Positions 50,368-64,000 of a stretch of DNA of 64,000 nucleotides are shown here, piece after piece; within the stretch, counting starts at the first letter, position 1, and the number at the start of each line of letters is the position of its first letter. Under the pieces are notes generated by a model, which did no database searches, had not been told where the DNA came from, and saw only the letters and a list, made by a program, of their open reading frames with translations. This DNA is from Octopus bimaculoides (lineage: Eukaryota): NCBI RefSeq assembly GCF_001194135.2, contig NC_068981.1, positions 71,256,826 through 71,320,825 of the forward strand, read 5' to 3'. The translations under genes and the position numbers were made by a program.

Positions 50368-50444
<77 letters not shown>

Positions 50445-50652
50445 CTTGTTGGATATGACCCACGAAGTGATTTTTTTGTTCATAATAATTTTTAGAATTT
50501 TAGATTTTCCTGTTCCTAATATTTTCGGGAATTTGCGCTTGTTTATTATTATTTTTTTTTTGTCTCTTGCTTAATTATCTACACTTTAGTAGTTAGCTTC
50601 TATATTATGCTTTAGTGTTTACTTATAGAGAGAGAAAACTTTATTATTATTG

Positions 50653-50683
<31 letters not shown>

Positions 50684-50689
50684 TATTAA

Positions 50690-50775
50690 GGCGATGACCT
50701 TGCAGAAATGTTAGCACGCTGGGCGAAATGCTTAGCGGTATTTCGTCTGTCTTTACGTTCTGAGTTCAAATTCGT
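50690..50775 (+). mobile_element. SINE family B head, truncated
   Basis: aaggcgatgaccttgcagaaatgttagcacgctgggcgaaatgc...gagttcaaattc. Confidence 0.75.
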
Positions 50776-53420
50776 TTTGCTCGTGTTTTGAGGCTATTTG
50801 TACCTGTTTTCGTTGCTTCTGAAGTAGGTATTTCTGTAATCCTATGGTGGTTATTTTATAATAGTTTTCTAACTGTCTAAGGCCTCTACCACTTTCAATT
50901 CGTTGTATATATAANNNNNNNNNNNNNNNNNNNNNNCTTTTTATGTCAGATTTTGGGTGGTGCATCCTATATTTTGTCATTATTTTTCTTGCTTTCCTGT
51001 TTAGTTTGGTTAGTTCATTTAGAGCCAATTGAGGATAGTGTAGCTACAACTTATAACTGGGACGACTAGAGTGTTGATACTTATTATCGTGTTTTCGCAT
51101 TGATCTCTGTTTTAAGTATTAATCTAACTCGCTTATAATATTCCTTCCTAATCTTCTCTTTCATTTGTGTGTTGTATCGTATCTAATTCATTGATTCCTA
51201 AGTATTTGTATGTCTGGTTTTGATCTAACTCTCTTATTTGATGTGCTTTATCTAATGTGATACTGTTATTCTTAACTAGTTTTCCACTTTTCAAAGTTGC
51301 TTTGGCACCTTTTTCCAAGCCGAATTTTTATTTCTTTGATAAATCCATGCTCTGTCTATAGTAATGTTTGTCATTTGCAGCATACAATTTTAGATCATCC
51401 ATGTACAAGAGATGGTTGATTTTTCTTACCGTAGCAGTTGTATCCACATCCAGTTCTATTTAGCATGTCAGATAAAAGTGTCAAGCAGAAAAGGAGTCAA
51501 GAGAGCGTGTTTCCCTGGAATATTACTCTTCTAATGGTTTTAGTTTTTATGAATCCCTCTTGTCCGGAACTGTAACGCTGTTTGCCATTTATTCATTAAA
51601 TGTTTTTTTTATATATATTTTACGATTATTGGTGTTATCTTGTTTATGGCTAGTGTTACCAGGATCCATGTGTGAGGAATACTGTCAAAAGTATTTCGAT
51701 AATTGATCCAAGCCATGCTTAGTCCCTTCTTTTTCTTTCGGCTGTCTTCAGTTATGACTTTATTGATCAATAAATGCGCTTTTCAGCCTAATGAGCCCTT
51801 GCAGCACCCCTTCTGCTCTTCTGGAAACAGGTTGTTTTCTTCCAGATGTTTGCCCATTCTCTGCGATATTATTGAAATGAAGGGTTTGTAAATTGTTGGG
51901 AGACAAATTATCGGTCTGTGGTTTTGTAGGTTTGCCGTTTCAGTGAATTTGGGAATTAGGATAGTTTTCCCTTCTGTGAGCCATTGAGGCGTTATCTCTG
52001 ACTCTACTAGTATCTCGTTTCATTTCAAGGCCAGCCTTTTATGTATTCATGTTACGTATTTTAACCAGAAATTGAGGATCTTGTCATACCTGGGTGCCTT
52101 CCAGTTGCTTAGTTTTTTTCAGTGCCTGGGTGACCCCTTCCGCTGTTATAGAAGTCCAGAGTTGTTCAGGTGCTGTGTTTGTTATGTTGATAGATCTTTT
52201 CTGAGGTTGTTCCTTCGCTGACCATATCTCTTTCCAGAACTCTTCCACTTCTGTTGTTGGTGCTGCATTGATCTTTATTTTATTTTTGCCAAGTTCTTGA
52301 CAGAATCTTTTTCGATTGGAGTTGAACTGTTTGTCTTGTTCAAAGAATCGTTGGCATTTCTCATACCGGCAGATTCTCTATGCTCTGGCGAGATATCTTG
52401 CTTTAGCTGTTCTTTTGCCTCTGGTATACCTTGTATTGTAATTTTGTATTTCCATATTATTTTTCTTCTCTTCTTGTTGCTTAGTAGTGCTGCTTCCCTA
52501 CTAATTTCGCTAAGGGTTGACAGATCCTTACTTTTATTTTTTATTTTCTTCTGGATACTATTTTTTTTTCAGGGTTTGTTTAGATCGTAATACTCCTGTT
52601 TGGATGGGTTTGAGGGAGTATCCAGCTTCTGTTTTTGGCCACAGAAGCCTTTTGCATATATTATATCATTTAACCCAGTCATATTGACATTTGTTTCTGT
52701 TGCTATTAGTTCTGACGTCCAGGTTTATGTTATTTATATTGATGCTGTCTTATCAACTTGAATTTTTGGGAAGTGCAATCGGAGGGCCATACTGAGATCT
52801 GTGGCTTTTAATTATTTGATTATAATCATTTTTAGAGTGTTTCCAGTTGTTAGATTTGTTCTGCATTTCTTCCCGTTTATATTTTTGTCTTCGGTGTTCT
52901 GGTTTGGTGCATTTTGCTCATGATCATGCATTCCTACGCTTTGGGTTTGTTGTCTTTCGTTCTTTACTTCGTTTTTGTTGCACATGTTACGCCTGTCTAC
53001 GTATTTTACAGTCCCAGTGCTTATGATATCATTTCGCATTGTTATGTGGTCACTATCTATGTTTTCCTGGTGTATTTTAACTTTAATGTTCTATAACAAT
53101 TTCTGATTTTTTTTTTTACAATATATCTCATTATGTTGGCTAATTTGTTAGGATTCTTCAGTATATCCAGATCTAGGTTGTTTTCCTTCACAGTTTTACA
53201 TGTATATACTGTTGTGTTTTCGTTCTGTGGGTAGAGCACTGCTATGGAATAAGCGTGTAAGATAGAACTATATTTTCTCGTGTCCATTTATGATTTTTTG
53301 ATTTTACTTGCGGGACGTGAAGAATAACGTCCGACCATTTATTTTGATGGTCATCACTTTCGTAGGGTACCGGTCCTTTCATTTCTGGTTTTAAATAGTT
53401 TTGCACGTGTAATTTTTCGT
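50775..53420 (-). mobile_element. Decayed Dong/R4-like RLE-LINE, N-terminal region through RT and thumb
   Basis: KWTRE N-terminal motif; PTTEVEEFWKEIW; IRRVIFQGNTLS; INHLLYMDDLKLYA (YMDD 51394-51405); HHPKSDI...LYIQRIESGRGL. Confidence 0.85.
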
Positions 53421-53814
53421 ACATTTTTGTATAATAATTTTAAAATATGCATTTCCTGTTTGTTATCCTTCGGTTGAATAATATGGGTATTATTTATTTT
53501 CGTTTTTCAGTGTGTGTGTGTGTGTGTGCGATGGTTGGGGACGGAGACAGTTTGTTGTTGATTTGAGCTGTATTGTTGTGAGCGAGTTTACAGGTGTTGT
53601 GCAAGTTAAAATACATCATTTCATTTGGAAAATAGAAATAAATTTTAATGAGTATTACTTACTCGGATATAGTCCAACACTTTATCAGCTATTTTTTATT
53701 CCCGATGTTTTTGGGATAGATTTCGGACCAGTGTTTTATCGCTCTCACATGTTAAACGTCCCCGGTGTCCTCCTTTATTATTTTTTTTTTTTTATCATCA
53801 TTGTTATTATTATT

Positions 53815-54133
53815 ATTATTCAGTAGTTTTATTTTTATGACGTGCTTTTACTTCACTACTGAGCGCAGCTCTGTGTGCCTTGGGTATGTGCTGTGGTTTG
53901 CTGTGGTGCTCTTATGGTTACTGTATTGAAAGTGTTTTGCGTAGGATGTGTGCAGTGCCCAGTAGTGCAATTTTCTGTATGTTATATATATTTGTAAGCC
54001 CTGGTGTTCTTGTTATGTATTTGTCTGAATATTTTTTTATTATACCTAAGGCACCTACTATGATAGGAATTGTTTCTGTTTTTAGATTCCACATTCGAGT
54101 TACCTCTATTTCCAGGTCTTTGTATTTTGAAAG

Positions 54134-54140
<7 letters not shown>
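53815..54140 (-). mobile_element. Dong/R4-like RLE-LINE, 5'-truncated 3' end
   Basis: KYKDLEIEVTRMWNLKTETIPIIVGALG...LLGTAHILRKTLSIQ*; (TAA)n on both sides. Confidence 0.85.
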
Positions 54141-54210
<70 letters not shown>

Positions 54211-54289
54211 GGCTGACAGAATTGACTTTGAACTCAGAATGCAAAGACAAACAAAATACAAGTTTCAATTCCAATTTCTTTCAATCTTT

Positions 54290-55400
54290 TAGGTAGCATC
54301 TTGAGTGTTGTGCTAAGTGGACAAATAACTACAAGAATAATTCTTGTCTTGGTTTTTCACAACATCATCAGTTCTCTGGTTAGATCCTGTTATTTCTCAA
54401 TTTGTTTTTCAACTTCTTAGGTATCGACTCTACTCTCATAAGGGACTGCAAAATCTGCAAAATCAATGATCTTACACTATTTATTTAGTCCTCCATAATC
54501 ATGTCTGACGTTTTTGCTTCAATAGTATGATCAGTTTTTATGGCGAAGTCCCACAAGATCTTCTAATTCTCGTTTTCTATCACAACTTCTGGTTCGTGTT
54601 CATACTATTTTTCTGTTGTTTTGGCTATACACTCAGCATGTTTTTACCTCCACAGTCATGTCTGCACCTATATTCCTTTTGTGTTAGTATATTGCACTCA
54701 CTCAATATGTGATTGATACTCTTGTCTCTTTTCCTGTAGATTCTACATTCGCTGTCTTACTGAGCTTTGTCGATCTTTGCCATTATCAGATTTGTACTAC
54801 GGGCTTGTTCCTGAACAGCTATAATTAGCGTTTCTGTTTCTCGTTTCAAGTTCCTGTCCGTCCACCACAGCCAGCGATCTTTACTTCCAATATTCTCGGT
54901 TTGTCGCATGAATTGGCCATGCAGCTCCATTTCGTTCTATTTGTTCATTCCGTTGGCCTTCCTGTTCTCTTTGTATTCTCTTACTGTTTCAGTCAATTTT
55001 TGGGTATCTCTGGCTCCAGAAAGTATCCTTTCTTTACTCTGCACAACATAATTTTTCAGGCCCAGTGTCGCAGTACCAACAGTGTCTCGGGCGTTTAATA
55101 ATTCTCTACCACCTTCCCTTCTTGGTAGATAGAGTTGGTCGGTATTACTTTTAGGAGGAAGTGCGTTGTACATTGTTACGGGCTTTCTAGTTCTTCTATC
55201 CAAGTTTTGCTTCTCGACCTTTGTCCTTTTCAGAAACAGAGCAGAGTAATTCAGTACTGGCATAGGCCATGTATTTATGGCTTTCATTATGTTCCCTCCG
55301 TTTAATATTGTTTCGAGCATTTTCCTGATTCTCCTCTGATATTCTCTAATGACTTTCTTTCTTATTTCTCTTTCCATAATTTTATTTTCTTCTTGGATAT
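54290..55400 (-). mobile_element. Second Dong/R4-like subfamily, 3' half (thumb, CCHC, RLE)
   Basis: KAINTWPMPVLNYS...LYLPRREGGRELL; IIAVQEQA...ECRIYRKRDKSINHILSEC...YRCRHD; ILWDFAIKTDH. Confidence 0.8.
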
Positions 55401-55459
55401 CTGCATTCTGAATTATTCCACAGCGACATAATGCTATCCTGAGGTGATTTTACCACAGG

Positions 55460-55775
<316 letters not shown>

Positions 55776-55814
55776 TCAGTAGAAAGGATTATTACTATTA
55801 CCATTATTATTATT

Positions 55815-56030
55815 ATTATTATTCAGTAGTTTTATTTTTATAACGTGCTTTCACTTCACTACCGAGCGCAGCTCTGTGCGCCTTGGGTATGTGCTGTGGT
55901 TTGCTGTGGTGCTCTTATGTTTACTGTATTGAAAGTGTTTTGCGTAGAATGTGTGCAGTACCCAGTAGTGCAATTTTCTGTATGTTATATATATTTGTAA
56001 GTCCTGGTATTTTTGTTATGTATTTGTCTT
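55815..56030 (-). mobile_element. Dong/R4-like RLE-LINE, 5'-truncated 3' end
   Basis: Near-identical to 24065-24290 and 53820-54030; flanked by (ATT)n. Confidence 0.85.
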
Positions 56031-56051
56031 ATTATTATTATTATTATTATG

Positions 56052-56089
<38 letters not shown>

Positions 56090-56134
56090 CATCATCATCA
56101 TCATCATTATTATTATTACTGATGATGATAATCA

Positions 56135-56325
56135 TTAGGACGCTGGACATAGTGCTTGGCAGTATTTTGTCTGTCTCTACGTTCTGAGTTCAAATTTCGC
56201 CCAGGTCAACTTTGCTTTTCATCCTTTCGGAGTCGATAAATTAAGTACCAGTTGCATTCTGGGGTCGATCTAATCGACTAGCCCCCTCCTCCAAAATTTC
56301 GGGGCTTCTGCCTAGAGTAGAAATT
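56135..56325 (+). mobile_element. SINE family B (second partial copy at 56405-56515)
   Basis: cgttctgagttcaaatttcgcccaggtcaactttg...ggggtcgatctaatcgac. Confidence 0.85.
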
Positions 56326-56531
56326 GTTATTATTATTATTTTATGTTTGACTTTTGTTTTGCATTTGTACAAGTTGGATTATTATTATTATTATTATTAT
56401 TATTATAAGCAAAGTGCTTAGTTGTATTTCGTTCGTCTTCACGTTCCGACTTCAGATTCCGCCGAGGTCGACTTTGCCTTTCATCCTTTCGGCATCGATA
56501 AAATTAGTACCTTATACCTACAGTACAAAGG

Positions 56532-56564
<33 letters not shown>

Positions 56565-57419
56565 GTCATCATCGTCGTTGTCGTAGTCACCATCACTGTA
56601 GTGTGCTTTACAGTACTTTAACCAAGAACTGGGACTCGATCACTTCATAACGGCTTCCAGCGGCTAGAATTCTTAATTGGTATTTACAAATCCCTTACAT
56701 TGCTAGGTATGTTGAATTATGCTTGAGGCGTTAAGGTATTCTGCATCATTATGGCACATGTTTATTGTGTATCCTTATTTTATATCTTAAGCAGTGTTAC
56801 ATATTGTTAGATATATATCTTCTAATATGTTTAAAATCGTATCTGTGTTGCGCAAAATGCTTCATAACATGCTATATATGTATTATTTAATGATGTCCCA
56901 GAAGAAATGTTCATGTTTGTCTCAAATAGATACTGTTCGTTAAAAAAGTGCACACGTATTTCAAAATCTCTTATCAGAATGTATTTGAAAGGATCCTTTG
57001 TAGTAATTTTTATTTCATGTCCAGATTCTTTTCCTCTTTCCTCATTAATATTGGAGTCGTTTGTATTTCTTATTCATATTCTACGCTGCCTGTTTATTTT
57101 GCTGTGCAAAAGATAGATTTTACTTCTTTTCCTCGTTTGTGCATAATATATTATCTTTTCACTGATTTCCATAGACCTGTAATAGGGGGTAAATTGCTCT
57201 ATTAACTCTTTCTCTGTAACTTATTCTAGTGACTATGTTCGCTCCTTGAATTTAGATTTGGCACACTGTATCAATGTGTTTTATAAAAAGGGAGTTAAAA
57301 AGGTTGATGGCAGGAAAGCCATCCCGACAAAAAATAGTGCCTCAGAATTGTAGAAAACTGTTCTAAGAGGGGAAGCGGTTTTGAAATATAATATGCACAT
57401 AGATGTGCATGTAGCGTGC

Positions 57420-57745
57420 ATAGTGTCTTCTACTATAGGCTCGGACCGACCAAAGCCTTATCAGTGGATTTGATGGACGGAATCTGAGAGAAGCCCGTGG
57501 TGTGTGTGTGTGTGTGTGTGTGTGCGTGTGTGTGTGTGTGTGTGTGCGTGTGCGTGCATGTGTGTGTGTGTGTGCGTGTGTGTGTGTGCGTGTTCGTGTG
57601 CGCGCGTGCGCGCGTGCGTGTGTGTGTGTCTTTTCGTCTGTGCTTGTCCATCACCACCGCTTGACAACTGATGCTGGTGTGTTTATGTCCCTGTAACTTA
57701 GCAGTTCGGGAAAAGAGATCCGATAGAATAATTTCAGGCTTTAAA
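57420..57745 (+). mobile_element. SINE family A, 5'-truncated, internal (TG/CG)n
   Basis: gtgtcttctactataggctcggaccgaccaaagcc...cttgacaactgatgctggtgtg. Confidence 0.8.
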
Positions 57746-58154
57746 AGTACTGTGTTGTTTACATTGAATTGAGCATGGTCAACGTGTTCTGTGATGAATG
57801 AGTATTACTGAGCTTTTATTCCGTTGGTTTCCGGAAACATTTTTTATTGTGTGATAGGCTCTCTTTTTTTTTATTTTGAGTGGAGATTATTTGTAATAGT
57901 TGTCCTGTTTCTGCTTCTGAGAATTTTTTATCGTTTACCATAAGTTTATGTGTATGCTCTCATGTATTTAATTTCAGTTTTTGTGTTAAATCGCTTTTCC
58001 CCTTCTTTTCCATGCCTTGAATACCCATTTTACGGTTCTAGCGTGTGTGCATAGTATTGTTATTAGACTCATCTCCCTTTCTAGGTATCGGTTAGTTTTT
58101 TTCTACACAGCCGTGTTAGCAAAGAACACTTGAAAGAATATTGGTTCTGTACTT

Positions 58155-58308
58155 GGCGTAGCTGTGTTCTAAGAAGTTTGCTTCCTAACCACATGGTTCA
58201 GGGTTCAGTCCCACTGCGTGACACTTTCGGAAAATGTCTTCTACCACAGCTCAGGCCGACCAAAGCCTTGTGAGTGGATTTGGTAGATGGAAACTGAAAG
58301 AAGCCTTC

Positions 58309-58343
<35 letters not shown>

Positions 58344-58363
58344 NNNNNNNNNNAGAAGCCTTC

Positions 58364-58400
<37 letters not shown>
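58155..58400 (+). mobile_element. SINE family A, 5' half
   Basis: gggttcagtcccactgcgtg...ggaaactgaaagaagcc then (TA)n. Confidence 0.8.
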
Positions 58401-58404
<4 letters not shown>

Positions 58405-58829
58405 AATACTTTTTTATCGTCTACTTAGGATGGATAGATAGTGTTCAAAATTCTTTACAGGACCCTAAGACTTATTGGAGAGAGAAGAAGGGGTCCTTAG
58501 GCCGGAGGTCTGATCCAAATGCTTTCAACAGAATGAGCTCCATTAAAAGTACCCAGAGACCAGGAGGCTGTGCTAAACCGAGTGACATATTTAGCCGCCA
58601 CCCGTGTAAATCATGACGGAATTTGAATTTAGAACGCAAAGACATACCACGAGGCATTTCACCCGACTCTCTGACGACTTAGCTAATTGACCACTATTGT
58701 AGTTGTAATGTAAATTCAGGCCACCTGTGATATATCAAACATACCTAGAGGAGTAAACCTCAAGGATAAAAAGTTCCAGCCTTGAATTACAGAAGGTTGG
58801 TATGCGGTAGATGTAAAATTCGACAAACT

Positions 58830-59300
58830 GATTCATTGGATACACGTAATTTCTGTCTCACCGAAAGAGATCCTGTTTCTACTAATGACGAAATGTAATC
58901 TACAGGGGGAGTATGCAATCCCTGTCAGTATTAAGCTGTTGAAAGGCCAAAGTAGGCCCGGATTGGAACTCTGCCATAAGAATAAATAAATGATATAGCA
59001 GACCAATGTCAAGCAAATTACTGATTGCAAGACTAGGTGCAACGCGGAAAATAATTATTTCAGATATATCTTACCTCCGCGGATTGTAGAACTATGCTAC
59101 ATACTCTAATATGCGATGGCAAATCGTGTGGTGAGCAGTGTTGTACAGTCCACTCTATTTCTGCGCACCACTATAGACACAGGCAAAGTGGACTCAGTCA
59201 GATTGCGTCAGTTACTTTTTCCATTGTACCTATCATTTGTGATGTACACCCCAGCATAGTGCTTCAGATTAATGAAGCTATTGATGATGTATGCCATTGA
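58830..59300 (-). mobile_element. Possible hAT transposase relic
   Basis: YSGAQK*SGLYNTAHHTICHRILE...VA*FYNPRR loosely fits DGAxxMxGxxxG...HCxAHRLxL...FFxxSPKR. Confidence 0.3.
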
Positions 59301-59949
59301 TTTATTTTAATATATTATATGTAACTCTTAATCTTTTGTATACCGTGTCGTTGTTATATATTATGTGGTTATGCATAGTATTGTATTGCATTTTATGTTT
59401 TCTAGTGATGCTGGTGCTTGATAGCTGCTGTTACTTTGTTATTTTGAGCCATTTTTCTAAATACATGTATCTAGGTTGGAGTAATTTTACAGCTGTTTTT
59501 GGTAAATAGAAAGATGTGAGTGCGACGTCATCTCCATATGAGATTGTGTATATATTTTAACGGTGGCTGGGAAAGTCCCGAAGTAATACATTGAAACGAG
59601 TGATTCTTGTAGCATCGGGAAATTGGACATTCTAGAAGCGTTTTTGTACACTACATAGGCTTGAAATCCTGACAGATAGTTTTCTAGCAAATTGTGGGTT
59701 TTTTTAGGGAGTGGGTTATTTATTGCTGCTTAAAACCTATGTATTATCTATATTAGGTTTATGAGAATGTTATAGACGTGGTGGGCAGAATTCCTGTTGG
59801 GATCTGGAGGAGGTAATTCATGTAGAACTTCTGTGTTGTAACTCGACCCGCAAGAATTAATAGCAAAAATCTCCTTCAAAGTTCATCATAGCGTCTAAAT
59901 AAATATCAATGAATATGGTTCGTATTGCTGTTTAACTGTCCCATTCCTG

Positions 59950-61560
59950 TTATTTCATGAAAGCAATATATTTGTGCTAAAAAGAATTAATTTCACTTAA
60001 CTGGTAGGCCTGAATTCTATCATTCTATGCTCGATTTTTAAATTTTATTATTTTACTTACTCATTTTACTGGAATATTTTCCTTTTCCTTACAAAACGCC
60101 TTCTTTTATCATCCATGACATGATTCAGTTCAAAACAATACTTTTTATTACCATAGCTGATATAATCGAATGTGCATACACATGTTTCTATGTTAGAATT
60201 AATGGTGCATTACAACCACTCTGCTTTTATTCTGGTTGGTTACTATTTTTTCTAGATATTAACCGTTCAATAGCCTCCCTTGTGAACACCTTAACAAACA
60301 CTTTTAACTTCATTTTCAATTTTGCTTTTGGATTATACATTACTTTTCTTGACAGATTCTGGCTCTTTTCATAGTTTTCTGTCATTTCAACATCTATATT
60401 ATTTTTATCAGAACTGTTTTGTACATTCGCAGAAGCCTCTGTAGCAACTTTTCTATTTTTCGAGAAATATATTGTGTTCAATTGCACTACGGCTCATGTC
60501 AAAATAGTTTGTATTGTATTCAGTTATGGTGTTATAGTTTATTGTCTTTTATATCTCTTCATATTTAAGGTTTAGGATGGTTTTGCCTTAGCGATAAAAC
60601 TTCAGAGAATGCTTCTGGTTCTTTCACTGGATTGTTGAGTACAGTTTCAAGTAGTCAATGGTTCACTGTAGTATCCATTCGCCAGTGGTTTGTCCGATTG
60701 TCATTTTCAGTTGTGTTTTTTCAGTACCTTAGTTGTTTATTGGCTAATATCTTCCCTGCGCTTCACATGTTGCTTTTTGCCAGTACGTTTTATAGTTACC
60801 ACTCCAGAAGACTTTTACTTCCCTTTCTGTTGACAGTTCATTTTTCCCCCTTTCGTTTTTCCCTCGTTTGTTTGTTTTCAAATTGTTTTGACTAGTTACG
60901 AATTGTCTGTTTTGTTCGTACATTTATTGCCACATTTTTGCAATGGTGGATTAAGACTCAGGGAGTATCTCATCTTTCTCTTTATTTTCTTTTATTTATA
61001 CATTTATTTCTCTTCTATTTATTTATTTTTCATTTTTGTGTTTTCGTTATCTAAATAATGTTTGAGAGATCTTTTCTTATATTTTCTAACGGTTACATTT
61101 TCTATTATGAAAACAGGAAAACTGTTTAGTTTGTCCATAAGAATACGTAACAATCTTTACCTATTTGCACTTTTAGATCATTTTCATATACAAAGCTTCC
61201 CACTTTAGGTGATTCTTTTCTTGTCTTTTTTCTCATAGTGAATCGTATTTATATTTTCCTTAATATTATTCTAATTCGAACTTTTTCTGATAAATATTTT
61301 GTTGTGTACTGAAGTATATCTATACTGTAACTTATTCATTTATTTGCTACACTCGTACTGCGGATAATATATGTTTTCAATATTTATTGTTTAATAAGTT
61401 GTGTTCGTCGTTCATAGCTTGTTCGGTCCTTATCTATTCCTCTTATATTTCAAGTGTTCTTTTTTTGTATTCCTTTTGTATTCTAGGTTTGTTATGTGTC
61501 TTCTTTTATTACTTTTATGCCCCTGCGATAAGCCAGCAGGGCTAAACTAATAAAGGATTC
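59950..61560 (-). mobile_element. Heavily decayed APE-type LINE
   Basis: T*NIRGI (TWNIRG-like APE start near 61430), EDISQ*TTK (linker), FTREAIERLI (RT N-terminal) in order. Confidence 0.4.
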
Positions 61561-62116
61561 TTAATAAGGATTAAATGTAACTGGTCATACTGTTAGAAAA
61601 AAAAAACTAATATTAGCCAATGAATAATATTTTTTATTTCACCACAAATGTAATACTGCTTTAGCTACTTTCTTTAACATTCCAGTCTATTTAGTATTTC
61701 TCCTACGTAAATACTAGTCCATCATAACTTTCATCCTACTAGGCTCAGTAAAATCAGTGCCAGTAATAGACTCATTTAATTAACCTAACTAAAACGCCTA
61801 GACTACAAGGGGTTATCTTGCGAAACGTCACTTTCATGTAAGAACGGCTGCTTTGTGAATCTTTTTTTTTTTTTTCATTCAAGAATTCATTATTTCTTAA
61901 TAAGTAACCATTCTTATTTTCTTCCATTTATTGGTAAAATAAACTATTTATATTCCGACATATTCCAAAAATGATCGAAACAAAAATAAACTGGTATTAT
62001 ATATTTTATTTTCCCCTTATATTTTATCTTTTGTTTACTTGTTCCTTTACACGTGCTCTGTCTACCTTTCCGCCTCCTCCTCTCTCTTTTTCATGCGCGT
62101 GACTATTCACTCTACT

Positions 62117-62153
<37 letters not shown>

Positions 62154-62484
62154 ACTGTTTATTTTTATATCTCTCTATCTATTTATCTGTCTATCTCTTT
62201 TCTTTTCTATCTATTTTATCTCTCTGTAAGTATGTACGTATATATGTATATGTATCATGTTTGAAAGTATGTATGTATGTTGTATGTACGTATGTCTATA
62301 TACATAGTTTTCTGCATATCTATCGATATACATACAGCTGTGTATGTTATCTCTTCTGTTTATTTTTCACTTCGTTGATTCATTTTAAAATCGTTCCGAG
62401 AGGAGACGAATTGTTTGTTTGTTCAGAAACTCATTGTCGCTCTTTTGTTCGAGCGGATTATTTGAGATATAGCAAGTTTCTTCT

Positions 62485-62533
<49 letters not shown>

Positions 62534-62794
62534 TATAAATTTATAAATTAGTGAACAAAATTACAAAATTACAAATAAGTGAACAAAATTACTTGTAAAA
62601 GTCATATGTGAAAACTATGCATCATGTACGTTGGGTTCAAGTACCGAATGAAGGAGTGACCAATAAAGAGATAAAAATTCGAGGTAAGAGCTTCCAAAAG
62701 GAACTGTTCGAATCGATTAAGAATTTGATGTTTATACGAAATGTCGGATGAGAGTTCAAACTTTAAAAATTCAGGGGTAAATAGGTAGAGAATG

Positions 62795-62883
62795 TGTCTT
62801 CTACTATAGCCTCGGGCCGACCAAAGCCTTGTGAGTGGATTTAGTAGACGGAAACTGAAAGAAGCCCGTCGTATGTATGTATG

Positions 62884-62938
<55 letters not shown>

Positions 62939-63180
62939 ATGTATGTATATGTATGTGTGTGTATATGTCTGTGTGTCTGTGTTTGTCCCCCCAACATGGC
63001 TTGACAACCGATGCTGGTGTGTTTACGTTCCCGTAACTTAGCGGTTCGGCAAATGATGCCGATAGGATAAGTACTAGGCTTACAAAGAATAAGTCCTGGG
63101 GTCGATTTGCTCGACTAAAGGCGGTGCTCCAGCATGGCCGCAGTCAAATGACTGAAACAAGTAAAAGTGTAAAAGAGTAT
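62795..63180 (+). mobile_element. SINE family A, 5'-truncated, young
   Basis: Near-identical to 37860-38200. Confidence 0.9.
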
Positions 63181-63299
63181 ATACAGATTCGGGTTGAATT
63201 CGTGTAAAGGAATAATCTACGGCTGTTTCAGGGGTACAATAAATGTATAAATGGCGTTTTAAGTATTCCAAACACAGAATTTTGATCCAACCCCACTAC

Positions 63300-64000
63300 G
63301 TCATCCGCGTATGCAGACACGCTCCTCTCGTATCCCAGCTCTCAGCGCACCACCCATGCCAGGTAGCTTAACTACCCTGTCAATGATGTAGCGTATCAGA
63401 TGGAGGTTGTTATGGATAGTCCTGCCCAGCACGGCGCATGTTTGCGCCTTGTCGACCAGTTTCTTGATGACAAGCGCCAACTTCTCGGTTAGCACCTTGG
63501 CCAAAACCTTCAAATCTGCGTTGTTATCTATGACGTTCCCCTTGTTTGGATCTTTCTTTAGCGGTGCCACCGCTCCTTGGCTCATAAAACTGGGGATATT
63601 CCCGTTTTGCTGCCAGTTGCAGTAGACCGCTGCCAAGACGCCCCCAAACAAATCTGGCATATGACAATATAGCTCGTACGGCAGGCCATCCAAGCCTAGC
63701 GACTTATCTCCTCACATCCCGTACATCCGTGGCTGTGGTGGGTCTGTCACAACACTCCACCTCTCTTGCTGAGAGTCGTGGCAGGCCGATAGTCGTGGCA
63801 GGCCGATAGTCGTGGCAGGCTATGCTGCGTTCCTACCCACCAGTTGTCCGGAACAGTCGGGCAAAGTGCTGTTGAAAGGCCTCACACATCCTTTCGGGCT
63901 CGAGTAATTCGCGCCCCTGCTCATCTGTCAGAGACCTAATGGTGGCTTTGTTGCCTCGGGCAGGTCCAATGCCTTCGTTTCTCAGAGCACGCATCCTAGC
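63300..64000 (-). mobile_element. Tx1/L1-clade LINE, RT N-terminal fragment (runs off the window)
   Basis: DGLPYELY...QGAVAPLKK...NADLKVLAKVL...QTCAVLGRTIHNNLHLIRYII; includes a 17-bp tandem repeat (agtcgtggcaggccgat) at 63774-63820. Confidence 0.85.

Noticed and set aside
58290-58400. Apparent tandem duplication agaagccttcg(TA)n on both sides of a 10-N gap
   Set aside because: Typical unmerged contig overlap; likely assembly artefact
62407-62490. Candidate downstream exon (gtttgttcag|...THCRSFVRADY)
   Set aside because: No C-x2-x-G-x-W motif expected for the next class B exon, no donor, runs into (CT)n

Overview
AT-rich eukaryotic intronic/intergenic DNA from a gapped draft assembly (many N runs, usually next to microsatellites). 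The three tRNA-headed SINE families and the microsatellite load suggest a cephalopod, most likely Octopus; this is inferred from repeat content. Nearly all the long ORFs in the track are microsatellite or N-gap artefacts, or decayed transposon frames. The only convincing host coding feature is one 99-nt spliceable exon (49338-49436, +) encoding part of the extracellular hormone-binding domain of a class B (secretin-family) GPCR, so the DNA on both sides of it is probably intronic to that gene. The rest is a layered mobile-element landscape: SINEs, RTE, CR1, Tx1, I/Nimb-like and RLE-type (Dong/R4-like) LINEs, Penelope-like elements, a Tc1/mariner fragment, a palindromic MITE and a probable Zisupton/KDZ relic. 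The main second-look items are a near-canonical minimal hammerhead ribozyme (47512-47583, -) with a decayed sibling about 600 bp away, the putative Zisupton relic, a retroelement-like 3' end with two C2H2 fingers, and repeated association of element families with particular microsatellites. No CRISPR, rRNA or true tRNA gene is supportable. All translations and folds were done by eye, so element boundaries are approximate.
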